NCBI GenBank assembly: GCA_028293765.1
Contig: JAQGOG010000045.1
Coordinates: 22,856-86,855, forward strand
DNA: 64,000 bases
Direction of reading: 5' to 3'
Source of the DNA: Gammaproteobacteria bacterium
GTDB lineage: Bacteria > Pseudomonadota > Gammaproteobacteria > Steroidobacterales > Steroidobacteraceae
Both the position numbers and the translations under genes were made by a program. The notes beneath the pieces are model-generated. The model did not search any database. It was given only the letters and a program-made list of their open reading frames with translations, and had not been told where the DNA came from. Positions 17,692 to 25,885 of this stretch are shown in pieces (position 1 is the stretch's first letter; the number at the start of each line of letters is the position of its first letter).

Positions 17692-18084
17692 ATGTGGAAA
17701 TCGATCGTAGCCATCTCCCTCGGCGGCAGCCTGGGCTCCCTCCTGCGCTGGTGGCTGGGCACGATGCTGAACGCGCACTTTCCCACCGTGCCCCCGGGTA
17801 CGCTCACCGCCAACCTCGTGGGAGGCTACATCATCGGGCTGGCAATCGCCTTTTTCGCCACCTTCTCGGCGGTAGCGCCCGAGTGGCGGCTGTTCGTGAT
17901 CACCGGTTTCTGCGGCGGTCTTACGACCTTTTCCACGTTTTCCGCGGAGATTGTGGCGCTCTTACAGCAAGGGCGCGCACTGTGGGCACTGGGAGCCGCG
18001 GCGACTCACCTGGTGGGTTCGATCCTCATGACATTCGCGGGAATCGGCACGGTCATGTGGGTGAGGAGCCAAAGCGGTCAGTAA
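17692..18084 (+). CDS. crcB: Fluoride ion channel CrcB/Fluc
   Basis: 130 aa from ATG 17692 ([22 protein letters not shown]...). Motif [12 protein letters not shown]. It lies downstream of the fluoride riboswitch. Confidence 0.9.
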   Translation: MWKSIVAISLGGSLGSLLRWWLGTMLNAHFPTVPPGTLTANLVGGYIIGLAIAFFATFSAVAPEWRLFVITGFCGGLTTFSTFSAEIVALLQQGRALWALGAAATHLVGSILMTFAGIGTVMWVRSQSGQ

Positions 18085-18106
18085 GCAAGGCAACAGGAGC
18101 TTCACC

Positions 18107-18451
18107 ATGCAAGGCTCGCTACTGAGATTCTACGTTCGCGAGGGCGATCGCCATGGCGGGCGCCTCGTGTGGGAATGGCTCCTCGAACAGGCGAACAGCC
18201 TCGGTGTTTGCGGCGGCTCGGCCTTTCGCGCGATGGCCGGATTCGGCCGCCACCACGTATTGCATGAGAACACGTTCTTCGAGCTGGCCGGAACGCTCGC
18301 AGTGGAAGTCGAGTTCATCATCTCGGACGATGATGCGCGGCACCTGCTCGCGCTTCTGCATCGCGAGAAGATCCGGTTGTTCTATGTCCACATTCCGGCG
18401 CGCTTTGGCGTGATCGATCCCGACGCCGACCGTCCGCCAACGCTCGATTGA
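18107..18451 (+). CDS. DUF190 (PII-like) protein commonly linked to crcB
   Basis: 114 aa. LLRFYVREGDRHGGRLVWEWLLEQANSLGVCGGSAFRAMAGFG matches the DUF190 pattern. It starts 22 nt after crcB. Confidence 0.8.
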   Translation: MQGSLLRFYVREGDRHGGRLVWEWLLEQANSLGVCGGSAFRAMAGFGRHHVLHENTFFELAGTLAVEVEFIISDDDARHLLALLHREKIRLFYVHIPARFGVIDPDADRPPTLD

Positions 18452-18504
18452 GCGGCTCGGCCCCGCGAGTGAGTACGATTGGGCAGATCACCCGCTCGCG
18501 GTCA

Positions 18505-19470
18505 TCAGGCTACTCGTTTATCCATGACAGCAACGAGGGCGGCGCGGATACCGGGTTCGTATGCCGAGTGCCCCGCGTCGTCGATGATCTGTAGCGTGGA
18601 TTCCGGCCAGGCGTCATGCAGGGCGACCGCGGTAATCGGCGGGCATACGAGATCGTATTTTCCCTGCACGATCGCGCCGGGAATGTGCCGGATTCTAGCC
18701 ACTCTGCGCAGTAGCAGATCGTCCGGCGAAAAGCGGTTGGCGCGCATGTAGTGCACTTCGAGCCTCGCCAGACCGACGGCAACTTGCGAAGCACCTGCCT
18801 CACCCACTGTCTGCGCGCTCGATCGCAGCGTCGCGCATCTGCTCTCGTAGGTAGCCCAGGCGCTGGCTGCGGCCCGCCGCACTTCGGGCAGCGGATCGTT
18901 GAGCAACTCCCAATAGCCTGCGCAGATATCGCCTCGCAGGCGTTCCGGAAGAAATCCGACGAAGGCCCCCCACGCCTGCGGCGCGAAGTGCCGGATGCCG
19001 TGGAGAAACCAGTCGATCTCCGAATTGCGCAACAGAAAGATACCCCGCAGAGTCAGGCTCAAACACGCCTGCGGATGTTCCTCGGCATAGGCCAGCGCGA
19101 GCGTGGCGCCCCAGGATCCGCCGAAAACATGCCAGGCCGGAATCTCGAGCAGGGCGCGCAACGCTTCGAGGTCGCTGACGAGATGCGCCGTGGTGTTATT
19201 CCGCACCTCCCCGTGCGGCCTCGACCGCCCCGACCCCCGTTGGTCAAAGAGGACGATGCGATAGCGCTGTGGGGCGAAGAACCGCCGATGGTCGGGCGAG
19301 CAGCCCGCGCCCGGACCGCCATGCAGGAACACCACCGGCACGCCGGCAGGATTGCCGCATTCCTCCCAATACAGGGTGTGAGTGTCGTCGACGACGAGAC
19401 CGCCACTGCGGTACGGCTCGATCGGAGGGTAGAGTTCAGGGGTGCGACTTTCGGGTTGGGGCGAGCTCAT
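18505..19470 (-). CDS. pip: Prolyl aminopeptidase (proline iminopeptidase)
   Basis: LYPPIEPY...LYWEECGNPAGVPVVFLHGGPG...GGSWG. Alpha/beta hydrolase family S33. I prefer ATG 19470. An alternative start lies 7 codons upstream at 19491. Confidence 0.85.
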   Translation of the reverse strand: MSSPQPESRTPELYPPIEPYRSGGLVVDDTHTLYWEECGNPAGVPVVFLHGGPGAGCSPDHRRFFAPQRYRIVLFDQRGSGRSRPHGEVRNNTTAHLVSDLEALRALLEIPAWHVFGGSWGATLALAYAEEHPQACLSLTLRGIFLLRNSEIDWFLHGIRHFAPQAWGAFVGFLPERLRGDICAGYWELLNDPLPEVRRAAASAWATYESRCATLRSSAQTVGEAGASQVAVGLARLEVHYMRANRFSPDDLLLRRVARIRHIPGAIVQGKYDLVCPPITAVALHDAWPESTLQIIDDAGHSAYEPGIRAALVAVMDKRVA

Positions 19471-19569
19471 CGAGTCGCAAATTACCACCATCCCCCTCGC
19501 CCATGGGAGAAAGACACGGCACAGCGTCAGTGTGCGAAGGCGGGAGCGAGGACCGCTGCCGCCGAAGAA

Positions 19570-19863
19570 TCAAGCAGCGGCGTTTTTCGGCTTCGAGTCG
19601 GGATAGATATACCAGTCCACACACCCGTAGGCGGAGGACGGATCGACTACCGCCGCGTGGGTGCCCGCGGCGACTTCTGTTCGCTCAATCGTCTGGCGGA
19701 AGAAGCTCTTCATGTTGAGCACCTCTTCCGGAGGGAAGGTGACGGCCGTAAGAACTCCATTCCGCGTCTGCTCCGATGTCGGCTTCATGGCGAGTTGGCC
19801 TCCGTTGAGCGCAATATCTTTGCGCTCTCTATATGACGCTGTGATGATGCTCCACCGCTCCAT
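19570..19863 (-). CDS. Hypothetical protein (up to 97 aa)
   Basis: ORF in a stretch with visibly lower GC than its neighbours. I recognise no family. Internal ATGs (MKPTSEQ..., MKSFF...) are possible starts. Confidence 0.35.
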   Translation of the reverse strand: MERWSIITASYRERKDIALNGGQLAMKPTSEQTRNGVLTAVTFPPEEVLNMKSFFRQTIERTEVAAGTHAAVVDPSSAYGCVDWYIYPDSKPKNAAA

Positions 19864-19922
19864 TCAATGCGAACGTAGGCGTAAGCGTTGAGGCAACCCC
19901 CACGCGGCTAAAGTAAGCCTGC

Positions 19923-19938
19923 GGCGGCTCGGGCCGCC
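19923..19938 (-). terminator. GC hairpin just downstream of the paaY-like gene
   Basis: GGCGGC-TCGG-GCCGCC, a 6-bp stem with a 4-nt loop, lies 6 nt after the stop at 19944. There is no clear U-tract. Confidence 0.3.
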
Positions 19939-19943
19939 TTGCG

Positions 19944-20555
19944 TTACTTCGGTCGCTTGATCGAATGCAACGGCAAGTGGGTCTCTGGTCTCTGCGAGGG
20001 GCCCTCACGCCCGGGCGTCACCGCTGTCAGCGGCTGGCACTCCGTCATTGAGGTCAGGCAGCGCGCGGCGAGTTCCTGGTACTCCCGCGTCCCGATCGCC
20101 TTCCATTCGACCTCCTCCGCCGTGAGTTCGCGGACCACGCGCGCCGGCGCACCCGTTACCAGCATCCGCTTGGGGACAACGAACCCGGCCCGTACGAAGC
20201 TCGCCGCCCCAACAAGGGACTCCTCACCCACGACGACGTCGTCCATGACCACAGCATTGATTCCCACCAGCGCCCCACGCTGGACCGTGCAGCCGTGCAA
20301 TACCGCACCGTGTCCGATGTGCGCGTCTTCCTCAAGCAGAACTGCCTTCGCCGGAAAGGTATGAAGCACGCAGTTGTCCTGCACGTTCGATCCCGCGCCG
20401 ATCACGATTCGGCCCAGGTCCCCGCGCAGCGACGCACCCGGCCCGATATAGCATCGCGGCCCGATGACGACGTCCCCGATCAGCACGGCCTGCGGATGGA
20501 CGAACGCCGACGGGTCGACAACCGGAACAATTCCTTCCAGAGAATAGACGGGCAT
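19944..20555 (-). CDS. paaY: Gamma-carbonic-anhydrase-like hexapeptide-repeat protein, PaaY-like thioesterase
   Basis: 203 aa from ATG 20555. MPVYSLEGIVPVVDPSAFVHPQAVLIGDVVIG...SLRGDLGRIVIG...NVQDNCVLH is colinear with E. coli PaaY as remembered. Confidence 0.75.
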   Translation of the reverse strand: MPVYSLEGIVPVVDPSAFVHPQAVLIGDVVIGPRCYIGPGASLRGDLGRIVIGAGSNVQDNCVLHTFPAKAVLLEEDAHIGHGAVLHGCTVQRGALVGINAVVMDDVVVGEESLVGAASFVRAGFVVPKRMLVTGAPARVVRELTAEEVEWKAIGTREYQELAARCLTSMTECQPLTAVTPGREGPSQRPETHLPLHSIKRPK

Positions 20556-20607
20556 GGAGTGCGCCTTTTGAAAGTCGAAAGAGAGCGAAAGAGCGGGGGT
20601 GGCCGAC

Positions 20608-21360
20608 TCAGCTGCGGCGACCCGCGCCGAAGACGGCCTGCACGGCGTTCTTAAATTCCGCCGACCCGAGCTGGGCCCGAAAGGCCTCCAGCTCCTCCTC
20701 GATCCGGCCCGTGACCGTCCCCGTTTCGCTCCGAAGGAGCCGCTTCGTGGCAAATAGCGCCGCGGGAGGCTGCTGCGCAACGGCCCGAGCCAGTGCTCGC
20801 GCCTCATCCATCAGGGCGGCGTCCTCGGTCAGCCGGTTGACCATCCCCATGCTGAGCGCAGCGGCCGCATCGAAGGGCTTCCCCAGCAAGAGCAACTCTG
20901 CGGCGCGGTGGTGCCCCACGAGCCGCGGCAACAGCAGTGAACTCCCCGCCTCCGGCACGAGACCCAGTTTGACGAACGGCATGCTCATCTGGGCACTACG
21001 CGCGGCCAGCACCAGGTCACAGTGCAAAAGCAGCGTTACCCCGATACCCACGGTCTGCCCGTGTACCGCCGCGATCAGCACCTTTCGGAATGCCGGCAGC
21101 GTGCGAAGAAAGCTGACGGCGCTGTTGTCGTCATTAAGCTCCGGCTGCCCCATGAAATCGTTGAGGTCATTCCCTGCGGTAAAGCTCGCGCCCTCGCCAC
21201 TCAAAAGAACGACGCGGACACTGTCATCCGCCCGAGCCTCATTCAATGCCTCGGTCAGTGCGGCATACATCGCCAGGGTGATGGCGTTGCGCTTCTCCGG
21301 CCGATTCAGCCGCACTTCGCAGACGCCGTCGGAGCGGGAGACGATAACTTGATCACTCAT
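20608..21360 (-). CDS. Enoyl-CoA hydratase/isomerase (crotonase) family protein
   Basis: 250 aa. RPEKRNAI, FTAGNDL and AAVHGQTVGIGVTLLLHCD are typical crotonase-fold motifs. Confidence 0.85.
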   Translation of the reverse strand: MSDQVIVSRSDGVCEVRLNRPEKRNAITLAMYAALTEALNEARADDSVRVVLLSGEGASFTAGNDLNDFMGQPELNDDNSAVSFLRTLPAFRKVLIAAVHGQTVGIGVTLLLHCDLVLAARSAQMSMPFVKLGLVPEAGSSLLLPRLVGHHRAAELLLLGKPFDAAAALSMGMVNRLTEDAALMDEARALARAVAQQPPAALFATKRLLRSETGTVTGRIEEELEAFRAQLGSAEFKNAVQAVFGAGRRS

Positions 21361-21545
21361 TGGGGCAGCTTGCCCAGCGCGCCGCCCGCACGCAACTTCC
21401 GGATCAAAGCGGCGTCCCCGGGGTTCCGAGGAGACCCAAAAAGGGCGACGCCGGCCGCTCGGTCCTCCAACGGCCGGTGGGCGAGGAGCTCAATCACGTC
21501 CCGGCTGCCGGAGCGGTCCCATTTCTTTGCCGCAATTAATCATAT

Positions 21546-21569
21546 TATAATATTCGCCTAATATTCGCC
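21546..21569 (+). promoter_or_regulatory. Promoter/operator candidate: TATAAT hexamer overlapping a perfect tandem 11-bp direct repeat (TAATATTCGCC x2)
   Basis: TATAAT at 21546-21551. TAATATTCGCC at 21548-21558 and again at 21559-21569. This is the only AT-rich island in the divergent hydratase/GntR intergenic region, 37 nt before ATG 21606. Confidence 0.4.
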
Positions 21570-21605
21570 GCTACCCTCAAACGCTCCAATGAGAAAGGGC
21601 TCCTA

Positions 21606-22409
21606 ATGGCTGACGTCGCCGCGCGCGCCCAGTCCCGCAAACAGCGTGACGCCATCCCGCGCCCTGTCCCACGACTAAGCCGCCTCGCCGTCGAAAGAGC
21701 AATGTCGAGCCACGACCAGATCGCTGCGATCCTGGGCAGTGAGATCCTGCGTGGAATACACCGCCCCGGCGACAACATGCCGCCGGAGCCGGACCTCATC
21801 ACGCGCTTCCAGGTATCGCGCACCGTAATGCGCGAAGTCATGAAGACCCTTGCGGCGAAGGGTCTGGTCGTGTCGAAGACCCGCATCGGCACTCGCGTCC
21901 GCGATCCCCTGCACTGGAACTTCTTCGACGTCGACGTGCTCGTTTGGCGAGTTCGGATCGGGCTCGACGACGACTTCATGCGCAGCCTTACCGAAATCCG
22001 CCGCGCGCTCGAGCCCGCTGCAGCGGCCCTGGCAGCCCAGCGCCGGAGCGTGAACGACCTGGCTCAGTTACGCCAATATGTACGGGAAATGGGTCACTCC
22101 GGTCACAGCCGACAGAGCTTCGCCGAAGCCGACCTGGATTTTCATCTGGCGATCGGCACCGCTTCGGGCAATCCCCTGCTGCGCTCCCTGGCGAGCGTCA
22201 TCGAAGCCGCCCTGGTCGCCTCTTTCTCACACAGCTCGCCCGTCGACGACGCGAGCGATCATGAAATCACGGTCAACAGCCACGCCGCCATCGTGGACGC
22301 CATAGAAGCCCGCAACGAACCGGCGGCCGCGGCAGCCATGTTGAAAGTCATCGACATCGGCGTACGGCGGATCGACTCAACGAGGAAAAGGCGAGGCTCG
22401 AAACCTTGA
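21606..22409 (+). CDS. GntR-family (FadR/FCD subfamily) transcriptional regulator
   Basis: Winged HTH: PEPDLITRFQVSRTVMREVMKTLAAKGLVVSKTRIGTRV. The C-terminal helical FCD-like domain contains DLDFHLAI. RBS AAGGG lies upstream of ATG 21606. An alternative start is ATG 21702. Confidence 0.85.
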   Translation: MADVAARAQSRKQRDAIPRPVPRLSRLAVERAMSSHDQIAAILGSEILRGIHRPGDNMPPEPDLITRFQVSRTVMREVMKTLAAKGLVVSKTRIGTRVRDPLHWNFFDVDVLVWRVRIGLDDDFMRSLTEIRRALEPAAAALAAQRRSVNDLAQLRQYVREMGHSGHSRQSFAEADLDFHLAIGTASGNPLLRSLASVIEAALVASFSHSSPVDDASDHEITVNSHAAIVDAIEARNEPAAAAAMLKVIDIGVRRIDSTRKRRGSKP

Positions 22410-22417
22410 CTGCGCTG

Positions 22418-22630
22418 CTAACCGAATCTCGCCTGTTCCAGACAGGCTCGATTCCGTTGACCGCTTCGCGCTTCCTCTGCGAGCACCCGCTCCGGAATTT
22501 CTTCCGGGCATGCATCTCCCGCATCTACGCGCAGTTCCCGGTCATCACGACCGGACAGCTGACTAAGACCCTCCGCCAGCAAATTGAGTGCGGCATTGAC
22601 GTCGCGGTCGTGGCCGTTCCTGGAGTGCTC
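22418..22630 (-). pseudogene. Remnant of a tnpB (IS200/IS605-family RuvC-like nuclease) gene; only the last ~70 codons survive
   Basis: The minus-strand frame reads ...[44 protein letters not shown]...* with its stop at 22418-22420. [11 protein letters not shown] is the RuvC-III signature of the TnpB C-terminus. Upstream of ~22630 the frame is merely the antisense of the dehydratase gene. Confidence 0.6.
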
Positions 22631-22632
22631 CG

Positions 22633-24453
22633 ATGACCCACCCCGACGGACGCAGCACACCCACCGATAAGGGGAAACAGCTGCGCTCGCGCGCCTGGTT
22701 CGACAACCCCGAGAATCCCGACATGACAGCGCTCTACCTCGAGCGCTACCTGAATTTCGGCATGACACTCGAGGAGCTCCAGTCGGGCAAGCCGATCGTG
22801 GGCATCGCGCAGACCGGCTCGGATCTCTCCCCCTGCAACCGCCACCACATCGTCCTCGCCCAACGAGTAGCGGCGGGCATCCGGGCAGCCGGCGGCGTGC
22901 CCATAGAGTTTCCGGTGCATCCCATCCAGGAAACCGGCAAGCGGCCGACCGCAGGCCTGGATCGCAACCTGGCATATCTCGGCCTCGTTGAAATCCTCTA
23001 TGGGTATCCCCTCGACGGGGTAGTCCTCACCATCGGCTGCGACAAGACGACACCGGCCTGCCTCATGGCCGCGGCGACAGTCGACATTCCCGCGATCGCT
23101 TTGTCGGTCGGCCCCATGCTGAATGGCTGGCACAAAGGCGAACGCACCGGCTCAGGCACCATCGTCTGGAAAGCGCGCCAGATGCTGGCCGCCGGCGAAA
23201 TCGACTACGCCGGTTTCATCGAGTTGGTCGCCTCGTCGGCCCCTTCGACCGGCTACTGCAACACCATGGGCACCGCGACCACCATGAACTCGCTCGCCGA
23301 GGTCCTAGGCATGCAACTACCCGGCTCGGCAGCGATCCCGGCTCCCTACCGCGAACGCGGCCAGATTGCCTACGAGACCGGGAAACGCAGCGTCGAAATG
23401 GTGCACGAGGATCTGAAGCCCTCCGCAATCATGACGCGCGATGCCTTCCTGAATGCCGTCGTGGTCAATTCCGCCATCGGTGGTTCCACAAACGCGCCCA
23501 TCCATCTAGCCGCCATCGCGCGTCACGTCGGTGTCGAACTGTCGCTCGAAGATTGGCAGACATACGGCCACGCCGTTCCACTTCTCGTGAATCTGCAGCC
23601 CGCGGGCGCGTACCTGGGCGAGGACTACCACCACGCCGGCGGTGTCCCCGTGGTCGTCAATGAGCTGATGAAACACGGCCTGATCCGCGAACACGCCATG
23701 ACGGCGAACGGCCGCACGATTGGTGAGAACTGCCGCGGCCGTGAGATCCAGGACGCCGAGGTCATCCGCCCGTTCGACAAGCCGTTAGTGAAGAATGCCG
23801 GCTTCATCATCCTGCGCGGCAACCTCTTCGATTCGGCGATCATGAAGACCAGCGTCATTTCGGAAGAATTCCGCGAACGCTACCTGAGCGCCCCCTCAGA
23901 CCCGGACGCCTTCGAAGGCCCCGCGGTCGTCTTCGACGGCCCCGAGGACTACCACGCCCGCATCGACGATCCCGCCACTGGCATCGATGAACACACCCTG
24001 CTCTTCATCCGCGGCACCGGCCCGATCGGCTACCCCGGCGCTGCCGAAGTCGTCAACATGCGGCCTCCGGCCTATCTCATCAAGCGCGGCATAACCTCCC
24101 TCCCCTGCATCGGCGACGGCCGTCAATCAGGCACCTCCGCCTCCCCCTCAATCCTGAACGCCTCCCCCGAAGCGGCCGCCGGCGGCGGCCTGGCACTCCT
24201 CAAAACCGGCGATCGAGTCCGCATCGACCTCCGCAAAGGCACCGCGAACATGCTCATCGGCGACGCCGAGCTCGCCACTCGCCGCCGGGCGCTCGAGGAA
24301 GCAGGCGGCTACAAATATCCCGCGTCCCAAACCCCATGGCAGGAAATTCAACGCTCGATGGTGGAGCAGCTGTCAGGCGGCATGGTGCTGAAGCCCGCAA
24401 CGAAGTACCGCCAGATCGCAGCAACGTTTGGTGTACCGCGCGACAACCATTAA
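22633..24453 (+). CDS. IlvD/Edd-family dehydratase, pentonate (L-arabinonate/D-xylonate) dehydratase-like
   Basis: 606 aa. The N-terminus [27 protein letters not shown] is typical of sugar-acid dehydratases in this family. Other motifs: CDKTTPA and GGSTNA. Confidence 0.85.
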   Translation: MTHPDGRSTPTDKGKQLRSRAWFDNPENPDMTALYLERYLNFGMTLEELQSGKPIVGIAQTGSDLSPCNRHHIVLAQRVAAGIRAAGGVPIEFPVHPIQETGKRPTAGLDRNLAYLGLVEILYGYPLDGVVLTIGCDKTTPACLMAAATVDIPAIALSVGPMLNGWHKGERTGSGTIVWKARQMLAAGEIDYAGFIELVASSAPSTGYCNTMGTATTMNSLAEVLGMQLPGSAAIPAPYRERGQIAYETGKRSVEMVHEDLKPSAIMTRDAFLNAVVVNSAIGGSTNAPIHLAAIARHVGVELSLEDWQTYGHAVPLLVNLQPAGAYLGEDYHHAGGVPVVVNELMKHGLIREHAMTANGRTIGENCRGREIQDAEVIRPFDKPLVKNAGFIILRGNLFDSAIMKTSVISEEFRERYLSAPSDPDAFEGPAVVFDGPEDYHARIDDPATGIDEHTLLFIRGTGPIGYPGAAEVVNMRPPAYLIKRGITSLPCIGDGRQSGTSASPSILNASPEAAAGGGLALLKTGDRVRIDLRKGTANMLIGDAELATRRRALEEAGGYKYPASQTPWQEIQRSMVEQLSGGMVLKPATKYRQIAATFGVPRDNH

Positions 24454-24493
24454 CCCCAGACCTGCATCGACTGCACCTGCCGGGCCCGCTTGG

Positions 24494-25576
24494 CTAGACC
24501 CAACCTTGCAGTTCCCGGCGAACGATGCCCTCGATCACGCGCATACCACTCTCGCTGGCGTTGAGACAGACGATGCGAGCAAGCTTTTCACCGCCTGCCG
24601 CGCGGAAGTAGTCGGCGTTTTCCTGACCGATCTCCTCGATCGTTTCGAGACAGTCCGCGGCGAAGCCGGGGGTGAGAATCGCGAGGCGTTTCACGCCGCT
24701 CGCGGCCAGCGCCTTCACCGTCTCATCGGTGTAAGGCTTGAGCCACTCGGCCGACCCGAAGCGCGACTGGAATGTGACGCTGAACTGCTCCCTGGACAGA
24801 CCCAGTTGCAGCCGGATCAGCTCGCCGGTTCGCTGACATTGCTCGTAATAGGGATCGCCCTTGAGTTTGGTCGCGGCCGGCATACCGTGGAACGAGGCGA
24901 GGATCATCTGCGGCTCGAAATCGAGTTCCCCCAGACACCTCGTGATCGAGCGCGTGCTCTCCTCGATGTATGACGGATCGTCATAGTAAGGAGCAGCCAC
25001 GCGCAGAGTTGGCTGGCGGCGCATCGAAGCGAGCGCTTCAAAGACCTTGTCGCAGGCGCTGGCGTGGGTGGCAGCGGAATATTGGGGATATAGCGGCACG
25101 AGCAAAAGACGGTCGCACCCTTGCTGCGTCAATCGATCGATGGCCGATTTGAGCGACGGATTTCCATATCGCATGCCCCAGTCCACGATCACCTCGGCCG
25201 AGGTCGTGCCGAGCAGCCCGGCGCCAATCGCCGCCTGAAGCTTCTCGGCCTGCGCACGCGTGGTGGTTTTCAGCGGACTTTCGTCCCGCTCCTGATTCCA
25301 GATCCTCGCGTAATCCTGCCCCTTCCTCGCGGGCCGAGACGTCAGGATGAAGCCGTTGAGGATGAAGAACCACAGAGGACGCGGGGTCTCAATGACCCGT
25401 CGATCCGAGAGAAATTCGGACAGATAACGCCGCATCGACCAGAAATCGGTCGCGTCGGGTGTCCCGAGATTACTCAGCAGGACGCCAACCTTCCCCGGCG
25501 TCCTCGCATTGAGCCTCGGAGGCGCCGAGAACGATGCCTCTGTCAGAATTGCGAGATTCGCGCTGTGAGATGTCAT
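24494..25576 (-). CDS. hemH: Ferrochelatase
   Basis: 360 aa. GVLLSNLGTPDA, LVPLYPQYSAATHAS and a C-terminal ...CLN region. Standard HemH pattern. Confidence 0.9.
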   Translation of the reverse strand: MTSHSANLAILTEASFSAPPRLNARTPGKVGVLLSNLGTPDATDFWSMRRYLSEFLSDRRVIETPRPLWFFILNGFILTSRPARKGQDYARIWNQERDESPLKTTTRAQAEKLQAAIGAGLLGTTSAEVIVDWGMRYGNPSLKSAIDRLTQQGCDRLLLVPLYPQYSAATHASACDKVFEALASMRRQPTLRVAAPYYDDPSYIEESTRSITRCLGELDFEPQMILASFHGMPAATKLKGDPYYEQCQRTGELIRLQLGLSREQFSVTFQSRFGSAEWLKPYTDETVKALAASGVKRLAILTPGFAADCLETIEEIGQENADYFRAAGGEKLARIVCLNASESGMRVIEGIVRRELQGWV

Positions 25577-25664
25577 GTCTGTCGCAGTACCCGTTTGGCT
25601 GTTACGCGCATCGGCTCTGGTGACAGGTTAGATCCGGCTGCCGAACGGGTCCAATGTGCGCTTG

Positions 25665-25690
25665 CTATCGGAGCGATAGCTCTCCGCTAT
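25665..25690. promoter_or_regulatory. OxyR-type operator candidate in the hemH/katB divergent region
   Basis: CTAT-N7-ATAG-N7-CTAT (CTATcggagcgATAGctctccgCTAT). These tetranucleotides and their spacing match the OxyR ATAG-N7-CTAT repeat logic. CTATCG...CGATAG is also a perfect 6-bp inverted repeat. Confidence 0.4.
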
Positions 25691-25885
25691 CGCATTCGGG
25701 ATCCAGCAAAGCGCATGCGCACGAGCGCACCGCACGCTGCATTGCTCCAGCGACGGGAAGGACTCGATGTATTGTCCTGAATAGAGGCCTTCTATCGGGT
25801 CGATTCGAACAGTCAACTGGACGGGCTTGCATGCCGGCACCGTTAATGCGTGCGTACGCAACGCCACCACATGAGGCCGCCCGTG

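Noticed and set aside
18015-18025. GGGTTCGATCC, resembling a tRNA T-arm.
   Set aside because: It lies inside crcB (coding LVGSILM). No acceptor, D or anticodon arms can be folded around it.
22406-22636. 76-aa plus-strand ORF filling the GntR-dehydratase spacer.
   Set aside because: It is the antisense shadow of the tnpB remnant and lacks an RBS or any motif. The TnpB RuvC-III signature on the opposite strand explains why the frame is open.
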